Below the pieces are notes generated by a model. The model searched no databases. It saw nothing but the letters and a program-made list of their open reading frames with translations, and had not been told where the DNA came from. The translations under genes were made by a program, and so were the position numbers. Below, piece after piece: positions 9,696 through 19,428 of a stretch of DNA of 64,000 nt. This stretch comes from Candidatus Spongiisociaceae bacterium. Lineage in GTDB: Bacteria; Actinomycetota; Acidimicrobiia; Spongiisociales; Spongiisociaceae. The stretch lies in the NCBI GenBank assembly GCA_965262915.1, contig OZ253564.1:1856001-1920000 (forward strand), given 5' to 3'. Numbering within the stretch: the stretch's first letter is position 1; the number at the start of each line of letters is the position of its first letter.

Positions 9696-10425
9696 TCATG
9701 GGTCTGGTCCGGCGCGGGGTTGGGTCTGGTAGCCGTGGGGAGTTCGCCGCACTATGAGGTCTTGGGTTTCGAGCCACTTGTGGTGGCGGCGGCAGACCGC
9801 GACGAGGAGGTTAGCAATGTCCGTCTGGTCTCCATCACGGTGCCATTCCTCCATGTGGTGGAGTTCGCATTGGTGTATGGGGGCACCGCATTCGAAGCAT
9901 CCACCGTCGTGGATGGCCACCGCGAGGCGTTGGGCGGCGTTGCCGAGCCGTTGGTTGCGGCCTAGCCACAGGGGCCGGCCGGTCCGGTCGAAGATCATGG
10001 CGGCCAGTTGGTGTCCGGGGTGAGGGTTTGCATGATCGGGCGGGGTACCGGTCCGACACCGATGATCTCGACGGCCCCGTCGGGATCGGTTCCGTCCACT
10101 ACACCCAAGGGGGCGGTGAGGATCAGCTGGGTGGCGGCCTTGGCCTTGATCGATACGGCTTCGGTAATGAACTGGCCGGTGACCGCATCGCGGTTGGTCA
10201 ACAGTTCGTACACCACATCCGCCAAGCGCTGTTTGGGAGTACGGACCTCATCGGGATCCCGGCTGTCGGCACCATCTCGGTGGCGTCGGTGCTTGTACCG
10301 TTGGTCAACGGCTTGGCGGAGGTGTTCGAACTGGGGCCGAGGGACCTTGGCCATCAGCACACCGAGCCCGGTTTCTTTCTCCACCCACAGCTTGGCTTCC
10401 CGGGCCCGCCGCTGACGTCCGAGAG
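9696..10425 (-). pseudogene. DUF222/HNH endonuclease remnant (5'-truncated, frameshifted near 9996)
   Basis: RTPKQRLADVVYEL, GVGPVP, then in another frame IFDRTGRPLWLGR..AQRLA..DGGC..C..CELHH..W..GDQTDIANL..CRRHH. Confidence 0.8.
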
Positions 10426-10667
10426 GATCGACACCTCAAATAGGAGATAGTCGGTCGGACCTGAGTCGGTGGGCACCTCCCGTACGGCCACCTCCCGTAC
10501 GGCCACCCCAGAGCCTCCGCCACCGCGGCATGCTGGTAATCCTGCACTACCCAACCGCATGCCACAAGTTGCTGATCGACTTCGATGCGAGCGCGATTCT
10601 CGGCGTTTACGTAGTCAAGAAGTCGATTGTCCTGACCCGCCACGGATTCGGCCGCTGCGCTCATCAA
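10426..10667 (-). pseudogene. hsdR: Type I restriction endonuclease R subunit, N-terminal remnant
   Basis: ENRARIEVDQQLVACGWVVQD then, frameshifted, GVAVREVPTDSGPTDYLLF; contains a 15-bp tandem duplication (CACCTCCCGTACGGC x2). Confidence 0.7.
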
Positions 10668-10739
10668 CGATGAGGTTACACGGCAGGTGTGACACGACCG
10701 ACAGGCCTGCTCAGCGGCGTGTAGTGGCCAGTTACCGCC

Positions 10740-10937
10740 TTACGGGAGTCGCGCCAGTATTGCTGTACCCATGGCGAACACAGCCCCCAGAGTGGCCAAT
10801 CCTATGCCGGCGGTCCACTGAGTCATTCGCAGCATGTCCCGGCGGAGGTCCGCCACGGCTTTCGCCATCTCCGTTTGCAGTTCGCCTCTTACTGCGTCGT
10901 CCTTCGCGTCCACCAAGGACTCGGTGAGTGTGGTCAT
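10740..10937 (-). CDS. Small coiled-coil + C-terminal TM protein (DUF1640/CCDC90-like)
   Basis: 65 aa; ELQTEMAKAVADLRRDMLRMTQW followed by hydrophobic TAGIGLATLGAVFAMGTAIL. Confidence 0.5.
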   Translation of the reverse strand: MTTLTESLVDAKDDAVRGELQTEMAKAVADLRRDMLRMTQWTAGIGLATLGAVFAMGTAILARLP

Positions 10938-11108
10938 ACCGTGGTCCCTGTTGTGATTGTCGAAAGCCGAAGCGTCTTGCTCTTGCCGGCAGCCCTGTGA
11001 CGCGGCAGCGTATACGTCTCTCCGGGTAGGTCACGTATTACTACGTTTGACATAGTTGTATTATGACACTGCTCCGTTCTGAGCACAAGCGTCAGGAGTC
11101 ATCGCCGG

Positions 11109-12329
11109 TCATACCGGATAGTTGCTGGCGTGGGGTCGGGCCAGGGCTGCAGCGACGAGCGTGATCGCCGAGAAGACGATTACCACAACGCCGAAGGCCT
11201 TGGGGGTTCCGTCGTTGAACAGGCCAACCGCGGCACTGCCACCGGCCCCTATGGCGAAGCGGGCGAAGGTGGAGAACGCGGAGGCGCTGCCCGCCATGTC
11301 GGGGAACTCGTCCAGCACCCCGGCGAGGGTGCCCGGCGTCACCAGGTGCGTCAGGGACACTACGATCGCCGAGGCACACACCAGGCCGGCCAGACCCCCG
11401 AAGTCGGTCCGGGTCACCCACCAGAGCACTGCAGCACACCCCGCAAGGCACACGCTGCCGACCAGGACCACCCGGTGATATCCGATCCTCAGAACGTATC
11501 GGATGTTGAACGCCTGGGCCAGCCAGGCGCCGACCACGCCGACGCCGAACAGCGCCCCGAACCACTGCTTATCGAAGCCGTAGTAGTCGATGAAGATGAA
11601 AGGACTGGCCGCCAGGTAGGAGAACAACACGGCCGCCGCCGCGCCGCCGGCGACCCCATTCGCCACCGCCACCCGCGATCGGACTATGGACGCGTAGCTG
11701 CGCAGGCCGGTGGCCAGGTCGAGCGGGCGGCGACGGTCCGGTGGAAGGGTTTCCGGGAGCCAGGCCCACGCGGCTACGAACATCAGCCCTCCGATAACTG
11801 CCAGCACCACGAAGATGGCGCGCCAACTCCAGACGAGGAGCAGGAACCCGCCCAGGAACGGGGCGACGATCGGCGCGCCGAGTATGACCACCGTCAGCAC
11901 CGACATGGCGCGTGCCAGGGCGTTGCCGGAGAGGATGTCACGGAACATACTCCGCGCCAGAGCTACCGACGTCCCGCCGCAGGCTGCTTGTGCAAGTCGG
12001 AGCCCGATCATCATCTCCACCGATCCGGCTGCCGCGATCAACAGGCTCACCAGCGAGTAGACGACCAGCGCTCCCAGGATCAGCCCGCGACGTCCTATCG
12101 CGTCCGAGACCGGGCCGAACACGATCGGCCCGATGACCAGGCCCAGCAAGAATATGGTGACGGTCATCTGTGCGGTCCCGTCGGATGCGCCCAGTGAAGA
12201 GGCCAGCTCGGGAAGCGCGGGCAGGTACATGTCGACCGAGAGCGGCCCCAGTGACGATACGAAGCCCAATATGAGGTAGAGGCCGAGGCTCACGTCGACC
12301 TGCCGCGACTTTCCGGCGCCAAGACTCAT
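11109..12329 (-). CDS. Bcr/CflA family MFS multidrug efflux transporter
   Basis: LSVDMYLPALP, GPVSDAIGRR, LPETLP, about 12 hydrophobic segments. Confidence 0.9.
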   Translation of the reverse strand: MSLGAGKSRQVDVSLGLYLILGFVSSLGPLSVDMYLPALPELASSLGASDGTAQMTVTIFLLGLVIGPIVFGPVSDAIGRRGLILGALVVYSLVSLLIAAAGSVEMMIGLRLAQAACGGTSVALARSMFRDILSGNALARAMSVLTVVILGAPIVAPFLGGFLLLVWSWRAIFVVLAVIGGLMFVAAWAWLPETLPPDRRRPLDLATGLRSYASIVRSRVAVANGVAGGAAAAVLFSYLAASPFIFIDYYGFDKQWFGALFGVGVVGAWLAQAFNIRYVLRIGYHRVVLVGSVCLAGCAAVLWWVTRTDFGGLAGLVCASAIVVSLTHLVTPGTLAGVLDEFPDMAGSASAFSTFARFAIGAGGSAAVGLFNDGTPKAFGVVVIVFSAITLVAAALARPHASNYPV

Positions 12330-12575
12330 ACGGCGTGTCCCGGGCGAGGCTCTACCGGCCGGGCCGGCAGCGGAGCTCGACGGTCGAACCCTCGAGTGAT
12401 GAGGCCTGGTGGTAGCGCCTGATCCCGAGATGACCCGTGGAGAGGGTGCCCGGAAGGAGTCGGGTGACGTTCTCGGGCATCATCCTCGTCTTCTCCGGCC
12501 ATGCTCGCTCGATGCCGGCGACGGATCCACCCCACTCGGTTCGGAACGGGCGGTTGTCTGGCTCGAAGTCGGGGA

Positions 12576-14138
12576 TCACCACCGGGTGCCTTGGCCGGTC
12601 ACCTCTTCGACGGGGAGCTTGATCGGGTAGTGGTTTCGGATCCACTCGTCCTGGGCGCGCGTCACGTGGGTGGGAAAGTGCGTGCGCATGACTCTGCTGA
12701 CGTGTTCGTTGGCGCGCTCGGCGGCGTTGGTGGCGCCCAGGTCCTTCCAGTCGTCGGGGTTGTTGCGGTCTCCGATCATCGGGTAGACGTACTCCCGCTG
12801 CATCAGATGGAGGGTTTGAGCGCTTCCGAGGAAGTGGCCCGGGCCGAAGATCGTATCCTGGATGACCTGGGCGGAAAGGGTCGAATCGTCGATGTCGACG
12901 CCCCGGATGGTGCGGTTGACGGACCCGAGCATGTCGTTGTCGATCACCAGGGCGTCCAGAGAGAAACCCAGCAGTGACGCCAGCATCCCAGCCGACTCGT
13001 ACACGAGGTTGGCGCCGGCCTGACCGGCGAGGAGCGTTGTTATGCCCTTCTCGTAACCGGCCTGGTTGTCGGGGAGCTTGGAGTCGGCCATGCCCGCCGC
13101 CACGCCGGAAGGCAGGCCCAGCCAGTTGGCCATCTGGGCGGCGGCGGCGTTGAGGACGGCCTCCTCTCCCGAGCCGCCGCTCATGGCACCGGTGCGGAGG
13201 TCCGACACGAACGGCCACAGGCCCATCACGCACGGATGCCCGGGGCTGATCAGGTTGACGCTGGTCAGGCCGGCCAGGCATTCGGCCAAGGCTTGGACCA
13301 GCGATCCTCCCAGGGCGGCGGGGGAGGTGGCGCCTGCTTGGCCGGCGGAGAGCAGGTTGATGGGCATCCCGGTCCGGATCTGGGCCACCATGCACTCGGT
13401 GGATTCGTAGGCGAAGCGAAGGGGCGGCACGACGAAGGTGTTGTTGGCGCACACGAAGGGGCGCCGGCGGAACTCTCCTTCGCCCCCCAACACGTAGTCG
13501 TACATGTCGACCACCTGGTAGACATGCTCGGGCCGGAAGAAGGAGGTTCCCTGTGGCTTGTCGGTGCCCATCATCGTGGCGTAGGCGGTGTTGATGTCGA
13601 CTTCGCGGGATGTCTTGAGATCGCGGGTCACGATGGTCCGCACGAAGAAGTGGATGTGTTCGAGGGTGTCGATCAGGCGGGCGGCGTCGTAGAGGTCGAG
13701 AGTGGTGGTGGGGCGGAACTCGCGGGTGTGGTAGTCCAGCATCAGGACGGCTGCGCCGGCGGTGCCGAAATGGACCTTCGTACCGGACAGGTCCATGCTC
13801 TTATCCTCGTCGAGCCCATGCCAGACCCAGGATTTGGCGGCCACCTCCTCGACGACCCGTTCCACGACTGCTCGCGGATAGTGGAGCCGGTTCCCGTCGT
13901 CCAGATGCCCGCCCGCCGCGGTCACCGCTTCCGCGAACTCGGGGATCGGGTCCCCCATTCCGATCTCGTCGATCAGCCCGAGAGCCGTCTCGTAGACCCG
14001 CTGCATATCGGATTCGGTCAGTGGAGCGTAGGCACCCCCCTTGAAACCGGGACGTACGGCGCGCTCGTCAGCCGTGGGACCCGCGGCCCGCGCAGCCACT
14101 CGGGCGGCGCGACCTCCAGCTCGTCTGCGTCGCGCCAT
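12576..14138 (-). CDS. Trimethylamine methyltransferase (MttB) superfamily, non-pyrrolysine; candidate quaternary-amine:corrinoid methyltransferase
   Basis: AGATSPAALGGSL, DLRTGAMSGGSGE, ADSKLPDNQAGYEK, FGPGHFLG; Arg-rich N-terminus; no in-frame TAG. Confidence 0.9.
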   Translation of the reverse strand: MARRRRAGGRAARVAARAAGPTADERAVRPGFKGGAYAPLTESDMQRVYETALGLIDEIGMGDPIPEFAEAVTAAGGHLDDGNRLHYPRAVVERVVEEVAAKSWVWHGLDEDKSMDLSGTKVHFGTAGAAVLMLDYHTREFRPTTTLDLYDAARLIDTLEHIHFFVRTIVTRDLKTSREVDINTAYATMMGTDKPQGTSFFRPEHVYQVVDMYDYVLGGEGEFRRRPFVCANNTFVVPPLRFAYESTECMVAQIRTGMPINLLSAGQAGATSPAALGGSLVQALAECLAGLTSVNLISPGHPCVMGLWPFVSDLRTGAMSGGSGEEAVLNAAAAQMANWLGLPSGVAAGMADSKLPDNQAGYEKGITTLLAGQAGANLVYESAGMLASLLGFSLDALVIDNDMLGSVNRTIRGVDIDDSTLSAQVIQDTIFGPGHFLGSAQTLHLMQREYVYPMIGDRNNPDDWKDLGATNAAERANEHVSRVMRTHFPTHVTRAQDEWIRNHYPIKLPVEEVTGQGTRW

Positions 14139-14139
14139 G

Positions 14140-16557
14140 TCAGGCCCTCAACCTTTCGCTCCGGGGGTCCCAGACCGCCTCTGCCAGCACCGTGGCCGCT
14201 CGGCGGCGGTTCATCACGTCCACTTCGAAGGTCGAACCGGGAGCTTCGAACTCCGGGTCGACGTAGGCGAACAGGATGCTGCGGCCCACCGAGTGCGCCC
14301 ACGTTCCGCTGGTGGTAATTCCCATGATCCGGTCTCCGTCATAGGTCGGTTCGTTGCCCAGGCAGTCGGCATCGCCCTCGTCGAGCTCGGCGTACACCAG
14401 GACCATAGTGAGCGGCTCGGTCTGGTCCCGCCGGGCCACGGTGGCTTGCTTGCCTTGGAAGGTCCCTCGATAGTCCACGAAGCGGCCCAGGCGGGCTTCG
14501 ACCGGGGTGATCTCGGTGGTGAGCTCGGAACCGAACGCCTTGTAGGCTTTCTCGAGACGCATCACGTTCATGGCTCGGCTTCCGAAGTCGACGATTCCGT
14601 AAGGGGCGCCGGACTTGTGAATTGCTTCGTATGCCTCCACCAAGTGCTCCAGAGGCATGTGCAGCTCCCATCCCAGTTCCCCGACGTAGGAGACCCGCAA
14701 GGCGATGCAGGGGACGCCCGCCACTTCGATCTCCTGGCCCGTGAGCCAGCGGAACGCCTCGTTGGAGAGATCGGCCTCTGTGAGCCCGGCCAGCACCTCC
14801 CTGGAGTGGGGCCCGGTCACAGCCAGGATACCGGTCTGGTCGGTCACATCGACCACCGATACGTCCTCACCTTCCAGGATGTGGAAGGTGAGCCAGTCGA
14901 AGTCGTGCTGCTGGCCGACGATCGCCGAGTTCAGGTAGAAGCGGTCGGGGGCAAGGCGGGTGATAGTCATCTCGGTCTCGATGCCCCCCAGCGTGGTGAG
15001 CATGTGCACCAGCCGCATCCCCCCGTCGCGCGCGGGAAGGCGGTTGGCCGACAGGCGGTCGAGCAGGGTGGCGGCGTCGGTTCCGGTCACCTCGAACTTG
15101 GAGAAGGCGGTGAGGTCTGCGATCCCCACCCGGTCCCGGATAGCCCTCACTTCGCTCCCTACCTCGTCGTGGGCCGAGGAGCGGCGGAACGAATACATCT
15201 CCGGATCGGGAGAGAAGTACATGGCCCGTTCCCAACCCCACACCTCCTGCCAGCGAGCGCCCTTCGCGTCGAGGATGTCGTAGAGGGGGGTCTGCTTCAT
15301 CGGGCGGCCCGCATCCCGGTACTCGTTGGGCATCCGCACCTGGTACATCTCGTGGAATTCGTCGATCGAGCGCTCGTGGGTGTAGCGGCCGGGCGCGTAG
15401 GGGCCGAAGCGGCGGGGGTCCATCGCGGCCACGTTGATCTCGGTCTGGCCGTGGACCATCCACTGCGCCAGGTACTTGCCGGCCCCGGGTCCTTGGGTTA
15501 TGCCGATCGAGGCGCCCGCGCAGTACCAGTAGTTACGTAGCCCCGGAGCCGGGCCCATCAGGTAGCCGGCGTCGGGAGTATGGGTGATCGGCCCCGATAC
15601 CACCTGCTTGATGCCGGCACCGGCGAAGCAGGGGAGCCTCTGCGAGGCCAGGTCCAGCCAGGGCAGCAGGCGGTCCAGTTCCACCGGGGTGAGGTGGAAG
15701 GTGAGACCCCAGTCGATACCCTCCACACCGTACTCCTTGGCCTCGGCCCGTTCGTAGGGCCCGATAAGGAGACCGTCGTGCTCCTGGCGGTAGTAGCAGG
15801 AAGCCCGGGGATCGCGCACGACGGGATGCTCGGTCTCCAGCGCCGCCACCTCCTCTATACGCTCGGTGACCAGGTACTGGTGGATCACCGACTCTATGGG
15901 GACCTCGAGGCCCACCATGGCCCCCAACTGGGGAGCGTAGGAGCCGGCCGCGTTGACCACGTGCTCTGCAACGATGCGGCCTTTCTGGGTGATGACCTCC
16001 CAACGCCCGTCGGGAAGCAGGTTCATGTCGGTCACCCGGTTCTTGCGGCTGATTTCGGCGCCCAGGTTGCGGGCCCCCACCGCCATGGTGTTGGTGGCGG
16101 CGGAGGGATCGGTCCAACCGTCGCCCGGGGTCCATATGCCCAGCTTGATATCCGGCTCGACGTCGAGGAGGGGCGCCACCTCGGTGATCTCCGCCGGGCT
16201 CAGGAGGTGGCACTCCACCCCGATCAACTCCAGCATGCCCTTGACGTAGTAGAACCAGTCGACCTCGTTGTCGTATCTGGCCAGGCGCACCGCTCCGCAC
16301 CCGTGCCATCCCGAGTGCATTCCGGTCTCCTGTTCGATCACCTTGTAGAGGTCGGCGGTGTCCCGGTGGACCTTGGCCGTGTTGAGGTCGCCGATGAAGT
16401 GGGGTATCAGGCCGGCGGCATGCCAGGTGGAGCCTGAGGTCAGTTCGTCCTTCTCGATGAGGATGGTGTCGGTCCAGCCTTCGTGGGCGAGGAAGTAGAG
16501 GAGACCGACGCCCATGGCGCCCCCGCCTACGATCGCGACCTGGGCCTCGTCGCGCAT
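14140..16557 (-). CDS. GcvT-family FAD-dependent oxidoreductase (dimethylglycine dehydrogenase-like)
   Basis: AIVGGGAMG, ELTSGSTWHAAG, GPITHTPD, GWER, RVSYVGELGWELH, RLEKAY. Start placed at ATG 16557 behind GGAGG. Confidence 0.9.
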   Translation of the reverse strand: MRDEAQVAIVGGGAMGVGLLYFLAHEGWTDTILIEKDELTSGSTWHAAGLIPHFIGDLNTAKVHRDTADLYKVIEQETGMHSGWHGCGAVRLARYDNEVDWFYYVKGMLELIGVECHLLSPAEITEVAPLLDVEPDIKLGIWTPGDGWTDPSAATNTMAVGARNLGAEISRKNRVTDMNLLPDGRWEVITQKGRIVAEHVVNAAGSYAPQLGAMVGLEVPIESVIHQYLVTERIEEVAALETEHPVVRDPRASCYYRQEHDGLLIGPYERAEAKEYGVEGIDWGLTFHLTPVELDRLLPWLDLASQRLPCFAGAGIKQVVSGPITHTPDAGYLMGPAPGLRNYWYCAGASIGITQGPGAGKYLAQWMVHGQTEINVAAMDPRRFGPYAPGRYTHERSIDEFHEMYQVRMPNEYRDAGRPMKQTPLYDILDAKGARWQEVWGWERAMYFSPDPEMYSFRRSSAHDEVGSEVRAIRDRVGIADLTAFSKFEVTGTDAATLLDRLSANRLPARDGGMRLVHMLTTLGGIETEMTITRLAPDRFYLNSAIVGQQHDFDWLTFHILEGEDVSVVDVTDQTGILAVTGPHSREVLAGLTEADLSNEAFRWLTGQEIEVAGVPCIALRVSYVGELGWELHMPLEHLVEAYEAIHKSGAPYGIVDFGSRAMNVMRLEKAYKAFGSELTTEITPVEARLGRFVDYRGTFQGKQATVARRDQTEPLTMVLVYAELDEGDADCLGNEPTYDGDRIMGITTSGTWAHSVGRSILFAYVDPEFEAPGSTFEVDVMNRRRAATVLAEAVWDPRSERLRA

Positions 16558-16698
16558 GCTCGTTCCTCCGACGACTCTGAGTACGGGATGCCTCGGCACC
16601 CCGCCTGTTCCGGGTGTACGGTACTCCCCCGAGGGACGAGGATAGTGCCTAGCGGGGGTGTTATTACCCACATCTGCGGGATGTTCTCGGCGGTGTTC

Positions 16699-17610
16699 CT
16701 AGAGTCGGGTCAGGAGGTATTGGGCGGCCATCAGGTCGAGGTGACCACCGCCGGCGTTCTTGAAGAAGGTGATGTCGTCTGCATGGGTCCGGCCTGGAAC
16801 TGCGCCGGTCACGAGTTGGCGGTGATCGCCGAGTACGTCCCCCGCTGTTATGGCCCCGGTGTTCATCGGGATTCCGATCTCGCCGGTATCGAAGGCGGAG
16901 TCCCGCGAGTCCACGAACACGCGGGATCGTGCGATCGCGTCGTCGTCCGCTTCGCGCATGTGAGGTAGGTAGGCGCCGACCAGGTCGAGGTGGGTTCCGG
17001 GACGCAGCCATGCCCCCCGGATGAGCGGTTCCACCGTCATCGTCGCGCACGACACGATGTCGGCCGTCTCGACCGCCACCTTGAGGTCGGCGGTCACTCT
17101 CACATCGAGATCGGCCAACTCTGCTGCCAAGGCTTCCGCTCGATCAGTCGTGCGGTTCCAGATCGTCACCTCCTGGATCGACGGGCGGGCCGCCATATGT
17201 GCCCGGATCAGATGCGGCGCCATGGCCCCAGCCCCCACCATCAACAAACTGGCGGCCTCGGACCGGGCGAGATACCTGGATGCCAGCGCAGAATCACATG
17301 CGGTTTTGAACCAAGTGAGGGCGTTGCCGACTATCACGGCGCGCTCCTGGCCGGTGACCGGGTCGAACACGACATAGACAGTGTGGATGGAAGGGAGGTC
17401 GATGTTCCCCGGAAATATCGTGGCCAGCTTTATGCCCAGACCGGCTCGGGCCGCGAATCCGGCTCTGGCCAGCAGGCCGTTACCGTCGCTGTCATCCGTG
17501 TAGAGGTCGGCTACCCGGGCCGGAGTCAATCGGTGACAAGCCTCGAAGAAATCGATGAGAGGTTCGTACTCCAGCAACTCCAAGGCGTCTTGATGGGATA
17601 AGACCTTCAT
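16699..17610 (-). CDS. Ornithine cyclodeaminase / mu-crystallin family protein
   Basis: GIKLATIFPGN, LTWFKTACDSALA, VGAGAMA, GTHLDLVGAY..MREAD, ITFFKNAGG. Confidence 0.88.
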   Translation of the reverse strand: MKVLSHQDALELLEYEPLIDFFEACHRLTPARVADLYTDDSDGNGLLARAGFAARAGLGIKLATIFPGNIDLPSIHTVYVVFDPVTGQERAVIVGNALTWFKTACDSALASRYLARSEAASLLMVGAGAMAPHLIRAHMAARPSIQEVTIWNRTTDRAEALAAELADLDVRVTADLKVAVETADIVSCATMTVEPLIRGAWLRPGTHLDLVGAYLPHMREADDDAIARSRVFVDSRDSAFDTGEIGIPMNTGAITAGDVLGDHRQLVTGAVPGRTHADDITFFKNAGGGHLDLMAAQYLLTRL

Positions 17611-17631
17611 CGCCGGCCACGCTAGCGGCAA

Positions 17632-17854
17632 GTGTCGGGTGTCGGGTGTCGGGTGTCGGGTGTCGGGTGTCGGGTGTCGGGTGTCGGGTGTCGGGTGTTT
17701 TCGGGTGCCAGGTGCCAGGTGTCAGGTGTCAGGTGTTTTCGGGTGCCAGGTGCCAGGTGCCAGGTGCCAGGTGCCAGGTTTCAGGTGCCAGGTTTCAGGT
17801 GTCAGGTTTCAGGTGTCGGGTTTCAGGTGTCGGGTGTCGGGGGTCGGCTGTCAG
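17632..17854. repeat. Heptanucleotide tandem repeat array (GTGTCGG / GTGCCAG / GTGTCAG / GTTTCAG), about 30 units
   Basis: Directly visible 7-bp periodicity, with two GTGTTTTCGG interruptions. Confidence 0.95.
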
Positions 17855-17957
17855 TGGTGACTGGCGGGACTGAAGGATGCCCGGTGCCGCTTATCTGTGT
17901 CGGTCACTCGCCCGTTCCGTAGCTGGCCACAGAACCCATCATCAAGGACTGACACCT

Positions 17958-18200
17958 AATGGGGGTCCACCACTTCTGCCGGTTTGTCTGGGAGGGTGTG
18001 GTGGTTGAGCTGGCCGGCCGGTGAGTACTGATGGCACCCGGAACGCTGATTCCTAGTGCTAGAGCGTACCCCGGCCGGTTCGCGAGGGCCGCTTGTAGCG
18101 CTCATGGGGTGGCGTGCCATAGAGCACTGATCCATTAGGTCGCCGCCAGGCGTTTCCTCTGCAGCTCTGCTGAGAGTAGACCCACGCAAGAGGGAGGCGA
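17958..18200 (+). ncRNA. Putative IS110 bridge RNA
   Basis: Target guides TGGCACC (18032-38) and GTGCTAG (18056-62) inside a ccggccgg..gtac/gtac..ccggccgg stem; donor guides TGGGGTG (18105-11) and CCATTAG (18132-38). Exact RNA ends unknown. Confidence 0.8.
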
Positions 18201-18204
18201 AGGG

Positions 18205-19428
18205 ATGTTGTTTGTTGGTAACGACTGGGCTGAGGGCCACCATGATGTGTGTCTGATGGACGAGGGGGGATCCCGGCTGGGTTTCGCCCGTCTCCCGGAA
18301 GGCCTGGCGGGTGTGGCCAAGTTGCATGAGATGATCGCCGAGCACGCATCGGATCCGGCTGACGTGGTGGTAGGAATCGAGACAGATCGTGGGCTGTGGG
18401 TTGGTGCGCTCATTGGGGCCGGCTATCAGGTGTATGCGATCAACCCTAGGGCGGTTTCCCGTTACCGGGACCGTCACAGCCTGGGCGGAGCGAAATCAGA
18501 CCGCGGTGATGCCAAGGTGTTAGCGGATCTGGTACGCACCGACCGTCACAACCACCGCCGGGTGGCCGGTGACAGTCCCGGGGCGGAAGGTATCAAGATC
18601 GTGGCCAGAACCCACCAGAACCTGATCTGGGCGAGGGTGCGTCACACCAACCAGTTACGCAACGCTCTGCGCGAATACTACCCCGCAGCGCTGGAAACGT
18701 TCGCTGACCTGGCCCATTCCGACGCTGTGGCCGTACTGGGTCGGGCACCTGTCCCCAGCATGGGCGCCCGCCTGACGTTGCCCCAGATCCGAGCTGCGCT
18801 CAAAGCGGGCGGACGGAAACGCAACCTCGATCCGGTCGCCCGCAAAATACAGAACGGCCTCCGCGCCGCTCACCTCAGCGCACCCCCGGCGGTCGCCGAC
18901 GCCTTCGGAGCGACCGTGGGGGCACTGGTGAGCATCATCGCGGAGGCCAACCGCCAGATCAGCCAACTCGAAGCAACCCTCCAGACCCGTTTTGAGCAGC
19001 ACCCGGACGCCGTCATCTACCACTCCCAGCCAGGACTCGGTACTGTGCTCGGCGCCCGGGCGCTCGATAAGTGTTCGGGGACGACCCCCACCGTTACACC
19101 GGGGCCAAGTCCCGCCGCAACTACGCCGGAACGTCGCCCATCACAGTGGCGTCAGGCCGCAAACGTGCTGTCCTGGCCCGCCACGTCCGAAAAGCGGCGT
19201 CTCTACGACGCCCTGGACCAATGGGCGTTCTGTTCCCTAACCCCAAGCCCAGGAGCCCGAGCCTTCTACGACCAGAAACGAGCAGCCGGCGACCTCCACC
19301 ACCAAGCACTCCGAGCCCTAGCCAACCGCCTCGTAGGCATCCTCCACGGCTGCCTCAAACACCGAACGCCCTACAACGAACACACCGCCTGGGCACACCG
19401 AACCACCATCGACCAAGCCGCAGCTTGA
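18205..19428 (+). CDS. IS110 transposase/recombinase with an internal out-of-frame segment (~19071-19193)
   Basis: DEDD RuvC-like motifs FVGNDW, GIETD, KSDRGDA; C-terminal HHQALRALANRLVGILHGCL; conserved FGDDPHRY...YAGTSPITVASG is present only in another frame. Confidence 0.9.
   Translation: MLFVGNDWAEGHHDVCLMDEGGSRLGFARLPEGLAGVAKLHEMIAEHASDPADVVVGIETDRGLWVGALIGAGYQVYAINPRAVSRYRDRHSLGGAKSDRGDAKVLADLVRTDRHNHRRVAGDSPGAEGIKIVARTHQNLIWARVRHTNQLRNALREYYPAALETFADLAHSDAVAVLGRAPVPSMGARLTLPQIRAALKAGGRKRNLDPVARKIQNGLRAAHLSAPPAVADAFGATVGALVSIIAEANRQISQLEATLQTRFEQHPDAVIYHSQPGLGTVLGARALDKCSGTTPTVTPGPSPAATTPERRPSQWRQAANVLSWPATSEKRRLYDALDQWAFCSLTPSPGARAFYDQKRAAGDLHHQALRALANRLVGILHGCLKHRTPYNEHTAWAHRTTIDQAAA

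Noticed and set aside
12576-14138. Pyrrolysine in the MttB proteins
   Set aside because: Neither MttB gene has an in-frame TAG, and no pyl genes are seen.
14041-15540. Long antisense and alternate-frame ORFs (this one and many others such as 56364-57848)
   Set aside because: Shadows of real high-GC genes on the opposite strand or frame; no independent motifs.
16607-16624. Operator-like GTTCCG-GGTGTA-CGGTAC upstream of the dehydrogenase gene
   Set aside because: 6-nt spacer instead of 5 and no tandem partner; too weak to include in the regulon.
17632-17854. CRISPR array, or the VSGVGCR-repeat ORFs in three frames
   Set aside because: 7-bp units with no unique spacers and no cas genes; the ORFs are the automatic result of a stop-free heptamer repeat.
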